Notes under the pieces: generated by a model | What the model saw: the letters and a program-made list of their open reading frames with translations, nothing else | What the model was told of the DNA's origin: nothing | The model's database searches: none | DNA from: Candidatus Latescibacterota bacterium | Lineage (GTDB): Bacteria > Latescibacterota > UBA2968 | NCBI GenBank assembly: GCA_965205975.1 | Contig: OZ242195.1 | Location: forward strand, 2,496,001-2,560,000 | Length of the DNA stretch: 64,000 nucleotides | Direction of reading: 5' to 3' | Shown: positions 49,635 through 58,676 of the stretch, piece after piece | Layout: every line of letters starts with the position of its first letter | Position numbering within the stretch: position 1 is the stretch's first letter | Position numbers and translations under genes: made by a program

Positions 49635-50917
49635 ACCCCCTTTGCCACATCGGCAACCGCTTCAATCGTCGCATCGATCACATCATCTGTATGCGCTGTC
49701 GATAAAAACCACGCGCCTCGCTCCAACGCGCGCACGCCTTTGTAATGAAGTGCCTCTGTAAATTTGATATACCGCTCGCGACCTGCTTGAAGCGAACTCC
49801 GATAATCGACAACCGGAGCATCAACACCAAAGCCCACGTGAAAAATCTGTGGAAAACCCGCGACCCTGGCTTGAATACCGGCATTTCTTAGTGCGCGCGC
49901 AATACCTTCCATAAGCCGATTGCCCCGCGCATTGAGCGCGTCAAATGCCTCTTCTTTATTCAACTCGGTCAGCGTAGCGATCACCGCGGCCATGGAAGCG
50001 GGTTGCGCATTATAAGTGCCTCCGTGCATCACACCCGCGACGAGCATATCCATCAAATCGCCTCGCCCTGCCAAACACGAAACCGGAAACCCATTGGCTA
50101 TCGCCTTGCCAAACGTCGCCAGATCGGGCGTCACTCCAAAGTATTGCTGCGCACCGCCAGGTGCCACGCGAAACCCCGTAATCACCTCATCAAAAATGAG
50201 CACTGTTCCCGTATCGGTACACACCTCCCGAATGCCTTCCAAATAGCCCTCAGCGGGAAAAATTGTGCTGGTATTGCACATCGCAGGCTCCATAATAATA
50301 GCAGCGACATCCCCGCGTTTCAGGCGCGCACTCAGAAGCTCCAGATTATTCCAGGGAAGCACCTCAGTATGCCGACCAGCCAACAGGTCTTGCCCTGCAC
50401 TCGCGGGAATGGGGACGGGCACATCAACCGGGCCATACTGATCGGGCGAGGGCGCGACAGACCACAGCACATTGTCAAACCAGCCGTGATAATGCCCCTC
50501 AAATTTGATCACTATTGACCGCCCTGTAGCCGCGCGTGCCAGACGCAAAGCAGCCTGCACCACTTCGCTACCCGTGCAGTTAAAGCGCACTCGATCCGCG
50601 CATGGCACCATATCGCAAACCAGTCTGGCTGCCTCTTGTTCTACTGCTGTTTGTCCGGCAAAAAGAATACCCGACTCGAGCTGTTCTCGAACAGCAGACA
50701 GCACGGGTTCTGGATTGTGCCCCAAAACCATCGGTCCCATACCCAGATAATAATCGATCAAACGATTGCCATCCACATCGTAGAGATACGGCCCTTCGCC
50801 CCGTTCAAAAACCAGAGGCGTGGGAACCATCCCCAGTCGAAAATTGCTATTCACACCACCCGGCAAATAGCGCGAGGCTTCGGCAATCAAACGTCTGGAT
50901 TTTTCAAACCTTTTCAT
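49631..50917 (-). CDS. Class III aminotransferase, glutamate-1-semialdehyde aminomutase-like
   Basis: PGGVNS, KFEGHYHG, IFDEVITGFR, TFGKAIANG, GTYN. Confidence 0.9.
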   Translation of the reverse strand: MKRFEKSRRLIAEASRYLPGGVNSNFRLGMVPTPLVFERGEGPYLYDVDGNRLIDYYLGMGPMVLGHNPEPVLSAVREQLESGILFAGQTAVEQEAARLVCDMVPCADRVRFNCTGSEVVQAALRLARAATGRSIVIKFEGHYHGWFDNVLWSVAPSPDQYGPVDVPVPIPASAGQDLLAGRHTEVLPWNNLELLSARLKRGDVAAIIMEPAMCNTSTIFPAEGYLEGIREVCTDTGTVLIFDEVITGFRVAPGGAQQYFGVTPDLATFGKAIANGFPVSCLAGRGDLMDMLVAGVMHGGTYNAQPASMAAVIATLTELNKEEAFDALNARGNRLMEGIARALRNAGIQARVAGFPQIFHVGFGVDAPVVDYRSSLQAGRERYIKFTEALHYKGVRALERGAWFLSTAHTDDVIDATIEAVADVAKGV

Positions 50918-50946
50918 GTAATCCCCGAACCTTTATAGTGATCAGC

Positions 50947-51945
50947 TTATCCTGTACAGCCCGGTCCGCTTTCATCCTGTTCATCCTTCAATCCTGAAAA
51001 TCCTGATCCGAGTTCCATAAATCGCACACGCGAGGAAACATCTTCGAGAAGTGCGCGGTTGGTGGCGATAAGATCGGCGACAATACCGGTGAGAAACATC
51101 TGAAATCCGGCGAGCAAGAGGATAGCGGCGAGGATAAGCGATTGAATGTGGAGTTCGCCTTCGTCGGTAAAAAAGAAAAAATAGAGAAATCGGATACCCA
51201 ATAAGAAGCCCATCAAAAAAGCAATCGCCCCACAAGCAGAAAAGATACGGAGTGCTTTGTAGCGCGCGTAAGTTCTTAGACTGATCAGGCCCGACTTAAA
51301 AACAAATACACCCGGATTTTTGAAAAGGCGCGATTCGCGCGTTTTGGGATTCGTGCGAATGGGCACAGTTTCAACAGCGAGACGGTCTTGACCTGCTTGC
51401 ACAACATGCTCGGCGGTGTGATCAAAATCCGTAAACATTGACAGACGCAGAACCGCTTCTCTTGAGAAAGCGCGAAAACCACTGGCGACATCGGGCACCT
51501 CAATATGGGCGAGACGACTGATGACGCGACTGCCCAAGCTCTGTAGCCATCGCTTAAAAAAAGAAAAGTGGCCGATACCACCTGTCTGCCGATCTCCAAT
51601 CACAATATGGGCGCGCTTTTCGAGAATGGGCTGAACAAGCGCGACAATATCGGGACCATAGTACTGATTATCGCCATCGGTATTGACAATAATATCGGCA
51701 CCGAGTTTGAGACAAGTGTCAAAACCCGCTTTGAAGGCATGCCCCAGACCGCGATTTTTGGGGAATCTGACAATATGATCCACGCCGAGATCACGCGCGA
51801 CCTCAGACGTGCGATCTGTAGAACCATCGTCAATGACCAGAATCTCGACTTTGTCAATACCGGGAACTTCGCGTGGAATATCGTTAACCGTAGCGGGCAG
51901 GGTTTCTTCTTCGTTGAGGCAGGGGATTTGGACAATCAGTTTCAT
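50947..51945 (-). CDS. GT2 glycosyltransferase (polyprenol-phosphate type) with C-terminal TM helices
   Basis: QIPCLNEE, IDDGSTD, NTDGDNQY, SGFRAF. Confidence 0.92.
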   Translation of the reverse strand: MKLIVQIPCLNEEETLPATVNDIPREVPGIDKVEILVIDDGSTDRTSEVARDLGVDHIVRFPKNRGLGHAFKAGFDTCLKLGADIIVNTDGDNQYYGPDIVALVQPILEKRAHIVIGDRQTGGIGHFSFFKRWLQSLGSRVISRLAHIEVPDVASGFRAFSREAVLRLSMFTDFDHTAEHVVQAGQDRLAVETVPIRTNPKTRESRLFKNPGVFVFKSGLISLRTYARYKALRIFSACGAIAFLMGFLLGIRFLYFFFFTDEGELHIQSLILAAILLLAGFQMFLTGIVADLIATNRALLEDVSSRVRFMELGSGFSGLKDEQDESGPGCTG

Positions 51946-51947
51946 TT

Positions 51948-53621
51948 TTAATCGCCAAAAATAGCAGCCGATGCGGCCTCGGCCTTTTCCATTTTTTCTT
52001 TATCGGATAAATCGCCCATCGCTTTGTAAAAAATTTCATCGTAATCGCGCGTTTTGATAACCACGGGCATAGGTACCGCATGACCAAATACAAGAGCTTG
52101 CTGTTTGGAATCGAGACTGGCCAGAACACTTCGCAAGCCAGCGGCATTTGAAACACCCGTAAGTACCCCCTGGATGTCTTTTTCGTCATTTAGCAAAGCC
52201 GTGATTTTTGTGCCGAGTTGTGAAAGCACTTCTTCGTCAATACCCGAGGGACGCTGGTCAACCACGAGGAGCGAAACGTAGTATTTACGCATTTCTCTGG
52301 CAATCGTACCAAAAATGGTTTGCCTTGCAGTCGCGGGATTGAGAAACTTGTGGGCCTCTTCTATGGTTATAACCAGGTGCCTCGGCTGATCTTCGGGATT
52401 TTGCGAGGCGTAAAATTTTTCGCTTTTTGTGACGTATTGTTCGTGAATGCGGCGAGAGAGAATATTCGCCACGAGCAAATACGCGAGCATGCCGGTCTGC
52501 CGACCAAACTCGAGCACAATGTGAATGCCACGGTCGATGTAATCCATCATCGTATCGACGGCATCTGCACCATTGAGGCTATTGACCATAAAGGGAAAGC
52601 TTTCAAGGCGTTTGAGTTTGCGATGCAGCGCGGAAAGCGAGCTTTTATTTGCCCCAATATCATCGGCAAATTGCTCGACATCGGGACCGTCAATAGAAAG
52701 CAATTGGCGCAGCCAGCGGTCTTTGTACATTGCGTAAACGAGATAGGCAGATTCAGAAGCCGTGGGATTGAGTTGCAGTTCGTCTTGCAACGCGATAACA
52801 TCTTCGACCGCGACCTGATCGTAGGTAATATACACCTCGTGGTCGGGTTGAATCCCGCGCTGACGAGACGATTCGGGATCGAGGGAAAAAAGGGCGACTT
52901 GATTCCCAAAAAGCTGCTTGAGACCCTTGACAAAGCTATTGCCCTGTCCGCCCTCTTTCATAGCGCGAAAACCGTATTCGTTGTGCATATCAAAAATGAG
53001 ATTGACGGCTTTCTTGTTTTTAATCAGACCACACAATACCAGGCGAGTGAGAAAGGACTTACCCGTGCCCGTCTTGCCAAAAATGCCATTACTGCGCTCG
53101 ACAAAGCGATTGAGATTGATACACACCGGCGTATCCATATCCAATGGCGTGCCCATGTTGAAAAAACGGTCATCTTTTTCCTCGCTGCCAAAAACGCGCG
53201 ATACATCCTCTTCATCAGCTTCAACAACCTTGGAAAAATGACTGGGAATAGTTTTTACCGGACGCGGTTCATCGACGACTTCCTCGCCCTGTTCCAGCAT
53301 GAGCATAGGGCGCAGTGCAACGGTGACATAGGTGCTGGAACCATTGAGAACACTGTGCAACAACTGGTCGCCCTCGCGCGGCGGATAAAGCAAAATTTCG
53401 GGATTGGTCGCATCCAAACTCAGGTCGGTGATCATGGAGAAAAACTGATTTTTATAGCCCTCAATAACCACAAATTTGCCAGCTTTGACGTCTTCCACAC
53501 TGCGGTCGGGGTTGAGCTTCATCTCAACGCCCTCGGTCAAAGACCCTTGCGTGACAACGCCGATTTCGCCGCCATCCTGAATATTGGGAGAACCGTTTAG
53601 ATTATTCCAGAGATCGTTCAT
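51948..53621 (-). CDS. herA: HerA-like ATPase with N-terminal HAS barrel
   Basis: GVVTQGS barrel, GKTGTGKS, IFDMHNEY, IEEAHKF, AREMRKY, DQRPS. Confidence 0.92.
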   Translation of the reverse strand: MNDLWNNLNGSPNIQDGGEIGVVTQGSLTEGVEMKLNPDRSVEDVKAGKFVVIEGYKNQFFSMITDLSLDATNPEILLYPPREGDQLLHSVLNGSSTYVTVALRPMLMLEQGEEVVDEPRPVKTIPSHFSKVVEADEEDVSRVFGSEEKDDRFFNMGTPLDMDTPVCINLNRFVERSNGIFGKTGTGKSFLTRLVLCGLIKNKKAVNLIFDMHNEYGFRAMKEGGQGNSFVKGLKQLFGNQVALFSLDPESSRQRGIQPDHEVYITYDQVAVEDVIALQDELQLNPTASESAYLVYAMYKDRWLRQLLSIDGPDVEQFADDIGANKSSLSALHRKLKRLESFPFMVNSLNGADAVDTMMDYIDRGIHIVLEFGRQTGMLAYLLVANILSRRIHEQYVTKSEKFYASQNPEDQPRHLVITIEEAHKFLNPATARQTIFGTIAREMRKYYVSLLVVDQRPSGIDEEVLSQLGTKITALLNDEKDIQGVLTGVSNAAGLRSVLASLDSKQQALVFGHAVPMPVVIKTRDYDEIFYKAMGDLSDKEKMEKAEAASAAIFGD

Positions 53622-53662
53622 AAAAGATAGCTTTCAGCCTTTCTTCCATTCTTACTTCACAT

Positions 53663-54259
53663 TTATTGCGAAATCCGCCGCATAATAGAACTCAGACGGT
53701 CGTAGTCGTCGCGGATAAGGCGACACAGGTCTTTGCCAATACCCACCAAATAGGGCATCTCTAAAGCGCGGGCTTCCCAGGCATTTCTCACCGAGGCGAT
53801 GATGAGATCGTCGGCGGGCAGGCGATTGCCACATAAAATGCTGCGGAGAAAATCTCCACTATTGGTCAGAGCTTTAATTTCGGACTCGGTACAGGGAAAA
53901 ACAAAGCTGTGAATACCGGGCGGTTGCGGGGGCAAGACCTGTTGCGGACCCTGATCGTCGCCATATCCGATAATAACAGCTTCAAATTCAGTCTTGAGAA
54001 GTTCAAAAATCTGTGGCTGCTCTTCGCGCAATTCTTGCTCGGTAAGCCCATAAGCCGTGGCACGCCGGTTGGGTTCAATAGAGTGCGTACACACATTGAA
54101 AACCAGGCCATATACAGGCAATGCGCCAAGCGTCTTGACAAAGGACCCGAATGGCGGTGCGCCATTTAGCTCCCGGCTTTCAGAAGTAAATTGCGAAGTA
54201 GAGCTTTCGACAATTTCGCCAATGTATTCAGTGCTGATATCGAGTTGTGTGAGTGACAT
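53663..54259 (-). CDS. Stand-alone HAS-barrel-like protein
   Basis: IGEIVESST..APPFGSFV..LPPQPPGIHSFV; lies between nurA and herA. Confidence 0.75.
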   Translation of the reverse strand: MSLTQLDISTEYIGEIVESSTSQFTSESRELNGAPPFGSFVKTLGALPVYGLVFNVCTHSIEPNRRATAYGLTEQELREEQPQIFELLKTEFEAVIIGYGDDQGPQQVLPPQPPGIHSFVFPCTESEIKALTNSGDFLRSILCGNRLPADDLIIASVRNAWEARALEMPYLVGIGKDLCRLIRDDYDRLSSIMRRISQ

Positions 54260-54271
54260 GCGGAACCTCTA

Positions 54272-54505
54272 TCATGAAAGGGCATACCAATCTGACATTG
54301 TGATTTCGCGTTCGAGAATCGCTCCAATTTCTCTGATCATGAATCGCAATTGCGGAACAGAGTATTCAGAATTAGACGGGATGGACAATCGGTGATTTTG
54401 ATAGGTCATAAATTGGTGACGTGTACCCGAATAGGGACCCTCAAATCCGAGTTTGCGAAGACGACGAATAAAATCGCGACGTTTACACGGTGTCCAACGA
54501 TTCAT
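54272..54505 (-). CDS. hicA: HicA family toxin
   Basis: FIRRLRKLGF..GTRHQFM..LSIP..LRFMIRE. Confidence 0.85.
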   Translation of the reverse strand: MNRWTPCKRRDFIRRLRKLGFEGPYSGTRHQFMTYQNHRLSIPSNSEYSVPQLRFMIREIGAILEREITMSDWYALS

Positions 54506-54755
54506 GCATGGGCACCTTATTTAGGTCAATATCATTAATTACAGGAAGTGTATGTCCAAGTTTAATACCCACAAAAATCCAATCTTCGAGTGTGGAATGG
54601 AGTTCCGATTCACAATCGCGAAGCGAATTAGCAAATGCCACCACACCCTTACATACGGGAATACATCCACCGAATGTGCCGTCTTCAAGTTTGTCGTATT
54701 CGGCCTGTGCCATGAGGTCTTTAATGTAGTCCGTGAGGATAAATTGTGTAGCCAT
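54483..54755 (-). CDS. hicB: HicB family antitoxin (short, no DNA-binding domain)
   Basis: EDGTFGGCIP.CKGV..LEDWI..GHTLP; overlaps the hicA start. Confidence 0.85.
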   Translation of the reverse strand: MATQFILTDYIKDLMAQAEYDKLEDGTFGGCIPVCKGVVAFANSLRDCESELHSTLEDWIFVGIKLGHTLPVINDIDLNKVPMHESLDTV

Positions 54756-54768
54756 AATAAAACCCTCG

Positions 54769-55989
54769 CTATACTGCCGCAGCCATTTTTTTCAGTTGTT
54801 TGAGCGACTGTTCGGTTTTAATATTATTTTTTACAAAAGCATCTTTCAAGAACTTAAAAAATATGTCGCGGTCAGCACCGCGCACAATGGCGCGTTCGTG
54901 GGATTCGGATAAGACGACGGGATATCCGCGCCCCTTATCGACCTGATCGACAACCGTGGTGTGTACGAGATCGAGCAACTCTCGGTCTTTGGCAACCCAT
55001 TCGGGAATTTCGACGCGCCCAATTTCCCAACCCGTATGCACGTAAAAAAAGCAGATGCGGTGGGGACCGTAGTCCTCGAGAATTTTAGACGCGCTGCGAT
55101 AAACGCCACTGCGCTCGCCGCGTTTGAGTCTGCGGGCATACAGCATATCGTCGGTAACGCCTGCAATGGGTTCACAGGGAATGGGCGCAGGCGGTTCGGA
55201 ATCGCCATCAAGATCGAGAAGATGCTGCGCCTCGGCTGCTTTCCACGGGCACTTGTCGCAGTTGGTGGGCTGTTCGGGACAGAGGCCCACGCGCAAGGCA
55301 TTGAGCACATCGGCGCTACCGGGATCTGAAATATACCCGGCAATGGGAACGCGAAGTTCGCGCAGACGCTCCAAACCCGCGAGCGTGGTCTGGAGAGTTT
55401 CGCGGCGAAAATCGTAGGGTTTGCCTTCGAGCATCCACAAAATCAGGGTACCATCGGTCAGCCCAACACATGTTCGGCCCTCTGTGTGCGCCAGAGCAGA
55501 GAGGGTAACCACCTTTTCGAGTTCCATCGCATTGCGCCGCACGCCAACGACTTCTCGGGTGATTGGACTGCGCTTGCCCGCCCATTCCTGATAGAGGTCG
55601 TCTTCATCGTAAAAAAGCGTTGGTTCGCTGTTTAACACAGGGCGTTCTCCCGTGCCGTAATGAATGACGACATAGCCAATATTGATCAGAAAACAATTGG
55701 CGACTTCGTGCCGGTCGGGGAAAATCTGAGACCCGTCGGCGGCAATAACGGTGAGTTCTTTGGGGCGGCTGGGTTTTGGGCACGCCTCGGTAATCGGCCC
55801 GCCGAGTTGGGCAACCAGCCAGGAGGTGCGGCTGCGCGCAATTTTAATACCCAAAGTTTCCCAGGCATCTTCCCAGCGATCCATTTCGGAACACGCCAGA
55901 TCAATGCGAGCAAAAAAGTCGTCTTGCAGACTACTGGCATCAACCGCCATCTGGTCAATCTGGCGTTTGAGCAAACCGTAATCGAGCAT
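54769..55989 (-). CDS. nurA: NurA DNA double-strand-break repair nuclease
   Basis: IAADGSQ, LTDGTL, RVEIP, GYPVVLSESHERA. Confidence 0.9.
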   Translation of the reverse strand: MLDYGLLKRQIDQMAVDASSLQDDFFARIDLACSEMDRWEDAWETLGIKIARSRTSWLVAQLGGPITEACPKPSRPKELTVIAADGSQIFPDRHEVANCFLINIGYVVIHYGTGERPVLNSEPTLFYDEDDLYQEWAGKRSPITREVVGVRRNAMELEKVVTLSALAHTEGRTCVGLTDGTLILWMLEGKPYDFRRETLQTTLAGLERLRELRVPIAGYISDPGSADVLNALRVGLCPEQPTNCDKCPWKAAEAQHLLDLDGDSEPPAPIPCEPIAGVTDDMLYARRLKRGERSGVYRSASKILEDYGPHRICFFYVHTGWEIGRVEIPEWVAKDRELLDLVHTTVVDQVDKGRGYPVVLSESHERAIVRGADRDIFFKFLKDAFVKNNIKTEQSLKQLKKMAAAV

Positions 55990-56016
55990 AAGAGGCTCCA
56001 GTGAGGTGGCTCTTGA

Positions 56017-56574
56017 CTATACAATTGACTCATAAAAGAATTGCCGACCACCGCCGGGGACACTGCCATCGCGCACGCGGCACACGAGACCCATTTTTTG
56101 AAGGGCATTGAGCCGATTGCATGCGATATTAATATTTTTATGCAGCGCGTGGGCAAACTCGGAAGACGTGCCTTTTTTTCGAATCAGTACAATGTCAAGG
56201 GCTTCTCGAATCGGCGTTTTGAGCACACCGAGCACATGAATATCGCCTTCGCCATCTTTGAAAAGCGCGGCCAGGTCGCGCAATTTGAGCACCGCCTCGA
56301 AGGTCTCGCGCACGGAATCATTGGCATTTTGAATAAAGGTAAAGCGATTGCCAAGCTCCCCGCTGCCAATACGCATGAGCAGTTTGCAAAGCAACTCGTC
56401 GGCACAGGAGATATCGATAAACGAGACATTGGCAAAATCGAGAGGTGTAACCGCATCGTCATCGGCTGTTTGCATAAATGCCATAAGCTGATTGAGCAGG
56501 ACTTCACCTCGATCTCGCCCACTCAGAATACCCGTAGGCGTCTCAAAAACGAAAGGGAGGGTTTGTTCAAGCAT
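56017..56574 (-). CDS. STAS-like (DUF4325-like) domain fused to a winged HTH; putative regulator
   Basis: LSGRDRG..LDFANVSFIDISCADE; SSEFAHAL..NRLNALQKMGLV.R..GGRQFFY; AAGGGA RBS. Confidence 0.7.
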   Translation of the reverse strand: MLEQTLPFVFETPTGILSGRDRGEVLLNQLMAFMQTADDDAVTPLDFANVSFIDISCADELLCKLLMRIGSGELGNRFTFIQNANDSVRETFEAVLKLRDLAALFKDGEGDIHVLGVLKTPIREALDIVLIRKKGTSSEFAHALHKNINIACNRLNALQKMGLVCRVRDGSVPGGGRQFFYESIV

Positions 56575-56642
56575 CTCATCGTCCCTTAAAATTCGGTTAA
56601 AATTCTATTTGTGGGGATTGGGGGAACGATGGGGAAGATATT

Positions 56643-56699
56643 ACTTAATTGAATTCAGTTAAGTTATCGGAACTTAGGTGTTCTGAAATGATATGTCAA
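56643..56699 (-). promoter_or_regulatory. Promoter plus palindromic operator candidate
   Basis: TTGACA-N17-TAAGTT (56699-56671); near-perfect 22-bp palindrome ACTTAATTGAATTCAGTTAAGT at 56643-56664. Confidence 0.65.
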
Positions 56700-56727
56700 G
56701 TATTTTCTTTTACCTGGGTGCAATGCT

Positions 56728-56756
56728 TGCAAATACAGCGTGTGTGAGATATATTT
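56728..56756 (+). promoter_or_regulatory. Promoter candidate for queE
   Basis: TTGCAA-N17-TATATT. Confidence 0.5.
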
Positions 56757-56767
56757 CTTAATATTTA

Positions 56768-57442
56768 GTGAATACGAAAACACACAGGTTTGCCTCTGAT
56801 TCTCATAAAGGCTTGAATGTGAACCCTCTGGCATCCAAAGATCAAATGCCCGTTTGGCGCGACGATGGCGCGATATTGCAAGTCAATGAAATTTTCTATT
56901 CCATAGAAGGCGAGGGCCTGCGTGTGGGACAACCCACAACATTTGTCAGGCTTGCGCGTTGTAATTTGCGCTGCTTTTTTTGCGATACGGAATTTGATTC
57001 TTTTGAGGAAATGACCATTGCTCAAATTGTCGATGAAGTCCTGCATCATCCTGCAAAGTGGGTGTGTTTGACCGGGGGAGAGCCACTGGGACAAAATATC
57101 ACGCCACTGTGCAGAGAACTCGTCAGCGCGGGTTTTCGGTTGCATATCGAGACAAATGGAACGGTTGATCCAGATCCAATTTTATGCGACCTGATTGAAC
57201 ACTGGACCGTATCGCCCAAACGGCGAAAAATTGCCGATGGCCTCACGCATATCACCGAACTCAAATACGTGGTGGGCAAAGCATTTTGCGAAACTATAGT
57301 CGATGAAAACCGAGCAAAATATATTTATTTACAACCCGAATCGAGCAAACCCCAATACATTCACAAGGCATTGGAAATTTTGTCGCGACATCCCAACTGG
57401 CGGTTGTCGTGTCGCATTCACAAAATGTTGCAATTGCCATAG
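56768..57442 (+). CDS. queE: 7-carboxy-7-deazaguanine synthase (radical SAM); true start may be 56819 or 56846
   Basis: EIFYSIEGEG, FVRLARCNLRCFFCDT, LTGGEP, IETNG, VSPK, YLQP. Confidence 0.88.
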   Translation: MNTKTHRFASDSHKGLNVNPLASKDQMPVWRDDGAILQVNEIFYSIEGEGLRVGQPTTFVRLARCNLRCFFCDTEFDSFEEMTIAQIVDEVLHHPAKWVCLTGGEPLGQNITPLCRELVSAGFRLHIETNGTVDPDPILCDLIEHWTVSPKRRKIADGLTHITELKYVVGKAFCETIVDENRAKYIYLQPESSKPQYIHKALEILSRHPNWRLSCRIHKMLQLP

Positions 57443-57454
57443 GGAGATAGGTAC

Positions 57455-58456
57455 ATGATTAAACTGGGTATGATCGGATGCGGCGGCATGGGGGGTGCCC
57501 ACATGCGGCGGTTTCACACACTGAGCGATCGGGTCACATTAGCCGCTGCTGTCGATGTTGTTCCAGAACGTGCAGAAGCAGTCGCGCAGCAATTTCCAGG
57601 AGCCTGTGTAGCAACAGATTATCGCGAGATTTTAGACTCGGTAGATGCCGTATTGCTCGCACTACCCCACCATTTGCACTTCTCTGTAGGACAGGCGTGT
57701 CTCAATGCTGGCGTTCATGTCTTGCTCGAAAAACCCATGGCAAATTACGAAGTCGCCTGTAAAGAACTGATTGAGGCATCTGAAACTTCGGGCAAAGTGC
57801 TGATGATTGCGTACTGCATGCGCTTTCATCCAATTGTACAGCATTTGAAAACATTGCTGGATGAAGGCGCGTACGGCGATGTATTTCAAGTGTCGATCTG
57901 GACCGAACAACTCACCCGGTATCCCCCCGATCACTGGGCTTCGAGCAAAGAGCGATTGGGCGGAGGGCAGTTGTTTAGCCATGGCTGTCATTATATCGAT
58001 TTGTTGCTCTGGTTTTTGGGGCGTCCCGTGCAGGGCATGCACATGGGCACAAATTTTGGTACGCCGTGGATGGAGCGGGAAGGCACGAGCAATGTGACGA
58101 TGGAATTTGAAGATGGCCGACTGGGATATCACTTTGGCACCTGGGGTGCGCGGGGCACCCGGTTGCGATACTCAATCCACGCGCATTGCACAGAAGGTTT
58201 GCTCGATGCCAATCTCTCAGGTGGCAAACTCGTGCATATCCTGCGCGGTCAAGAGAAAGTTTTGTTCGAAGCAGAGCCGGGCAAACACACGGAAAATGAG
58301 ATGGCCCATTTTCTCGATTGCATTGAAACCGGGCAAACACCGCTGACAGACGGCAGAAGCAGCTTGCAGGGATTGCGCGTGATCTGGCGGCTATATGAAG
58401 CCGAACAAGCAGGGCATATTGCAGATTTGACGGGTTTGGGTTTAGATGAAGTCTAA
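57455..58456 (+). CDS. Gfo/Idh/MocA oxidoreductase
   Basis: IGCGGMG, VLLEKPMA, GGGQLFSHGCHYID. Confidence 0.92.
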   Translation: MIKLGMIGCGGMGGAHMRRFHTLSDRVTLAAAVDVVPERAEAVAQQFPGACVATDYREILDSVDAVLLALPHHLHFSVGQACLNAGVHVLLEKPMANYEVACKELIEASETSGKVLMIAYCMRFHPIVQHLKTLLDEGAYGDVFQVSIWTEQLTRYPPDHWASSKERLGGGQLFSHGCHYIDLLLWFLGRPVQGMHMGTNFGTPWMEREGTSNVTMEFEDGRLGYHFGTWGARGTRLRYSIHAHCTEGLLDANLSGGKLVHILRGQEKVLFEAEPGKHTENEMAHFLDCIETGQTPLTDGRSSLQGLRVIWRLYEAEQAGHIADLTGLGLDEV

Positions 58457-58519
58457 TAAGTTTCGAAAATTCAATAAATTGAGGGAGTGACTCTATCTCC
58501 ACAATTGGGTAATTTCCGC

Positions 58520-58548
58520 TTGACACTCCGATACTCTTATTATAGATT
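58520..58548 (+). promoter_or_regulatory. thrS promoter candidate
   Basis: TTGACA-N17-TAGATT. Confidence 0.6.
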
Positions 58549-58676
58549 TATCAGACTCTGGCAGGTTTCTATCTTTTAATCTCATTGCTGAGGGATATCT
58601 GCGGGCGAAACTGCTCACCGAACGGTATCACGATTTCACATTTCGCGCGCTGGCAATTCCCGAGCGCGATTTTTTT

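Noticed and set aside
51948..53621. HerA as part of a Sir2-HerA-type defence system
   Set aside because: No Sir2 or similar effector nearby; the nurA and HAS-barrel context fits the NurA-HerA class.
56611..56637. TGGGG repeats as MraZ boxes
   Set aside because: Irregular spacing and no mraZ/dcw genes nearby.
58618..58635. ggtatcacg as a T-box
   Set aside because: Lacks the UGGN bulge, and the leader has no recognisable Stem I.
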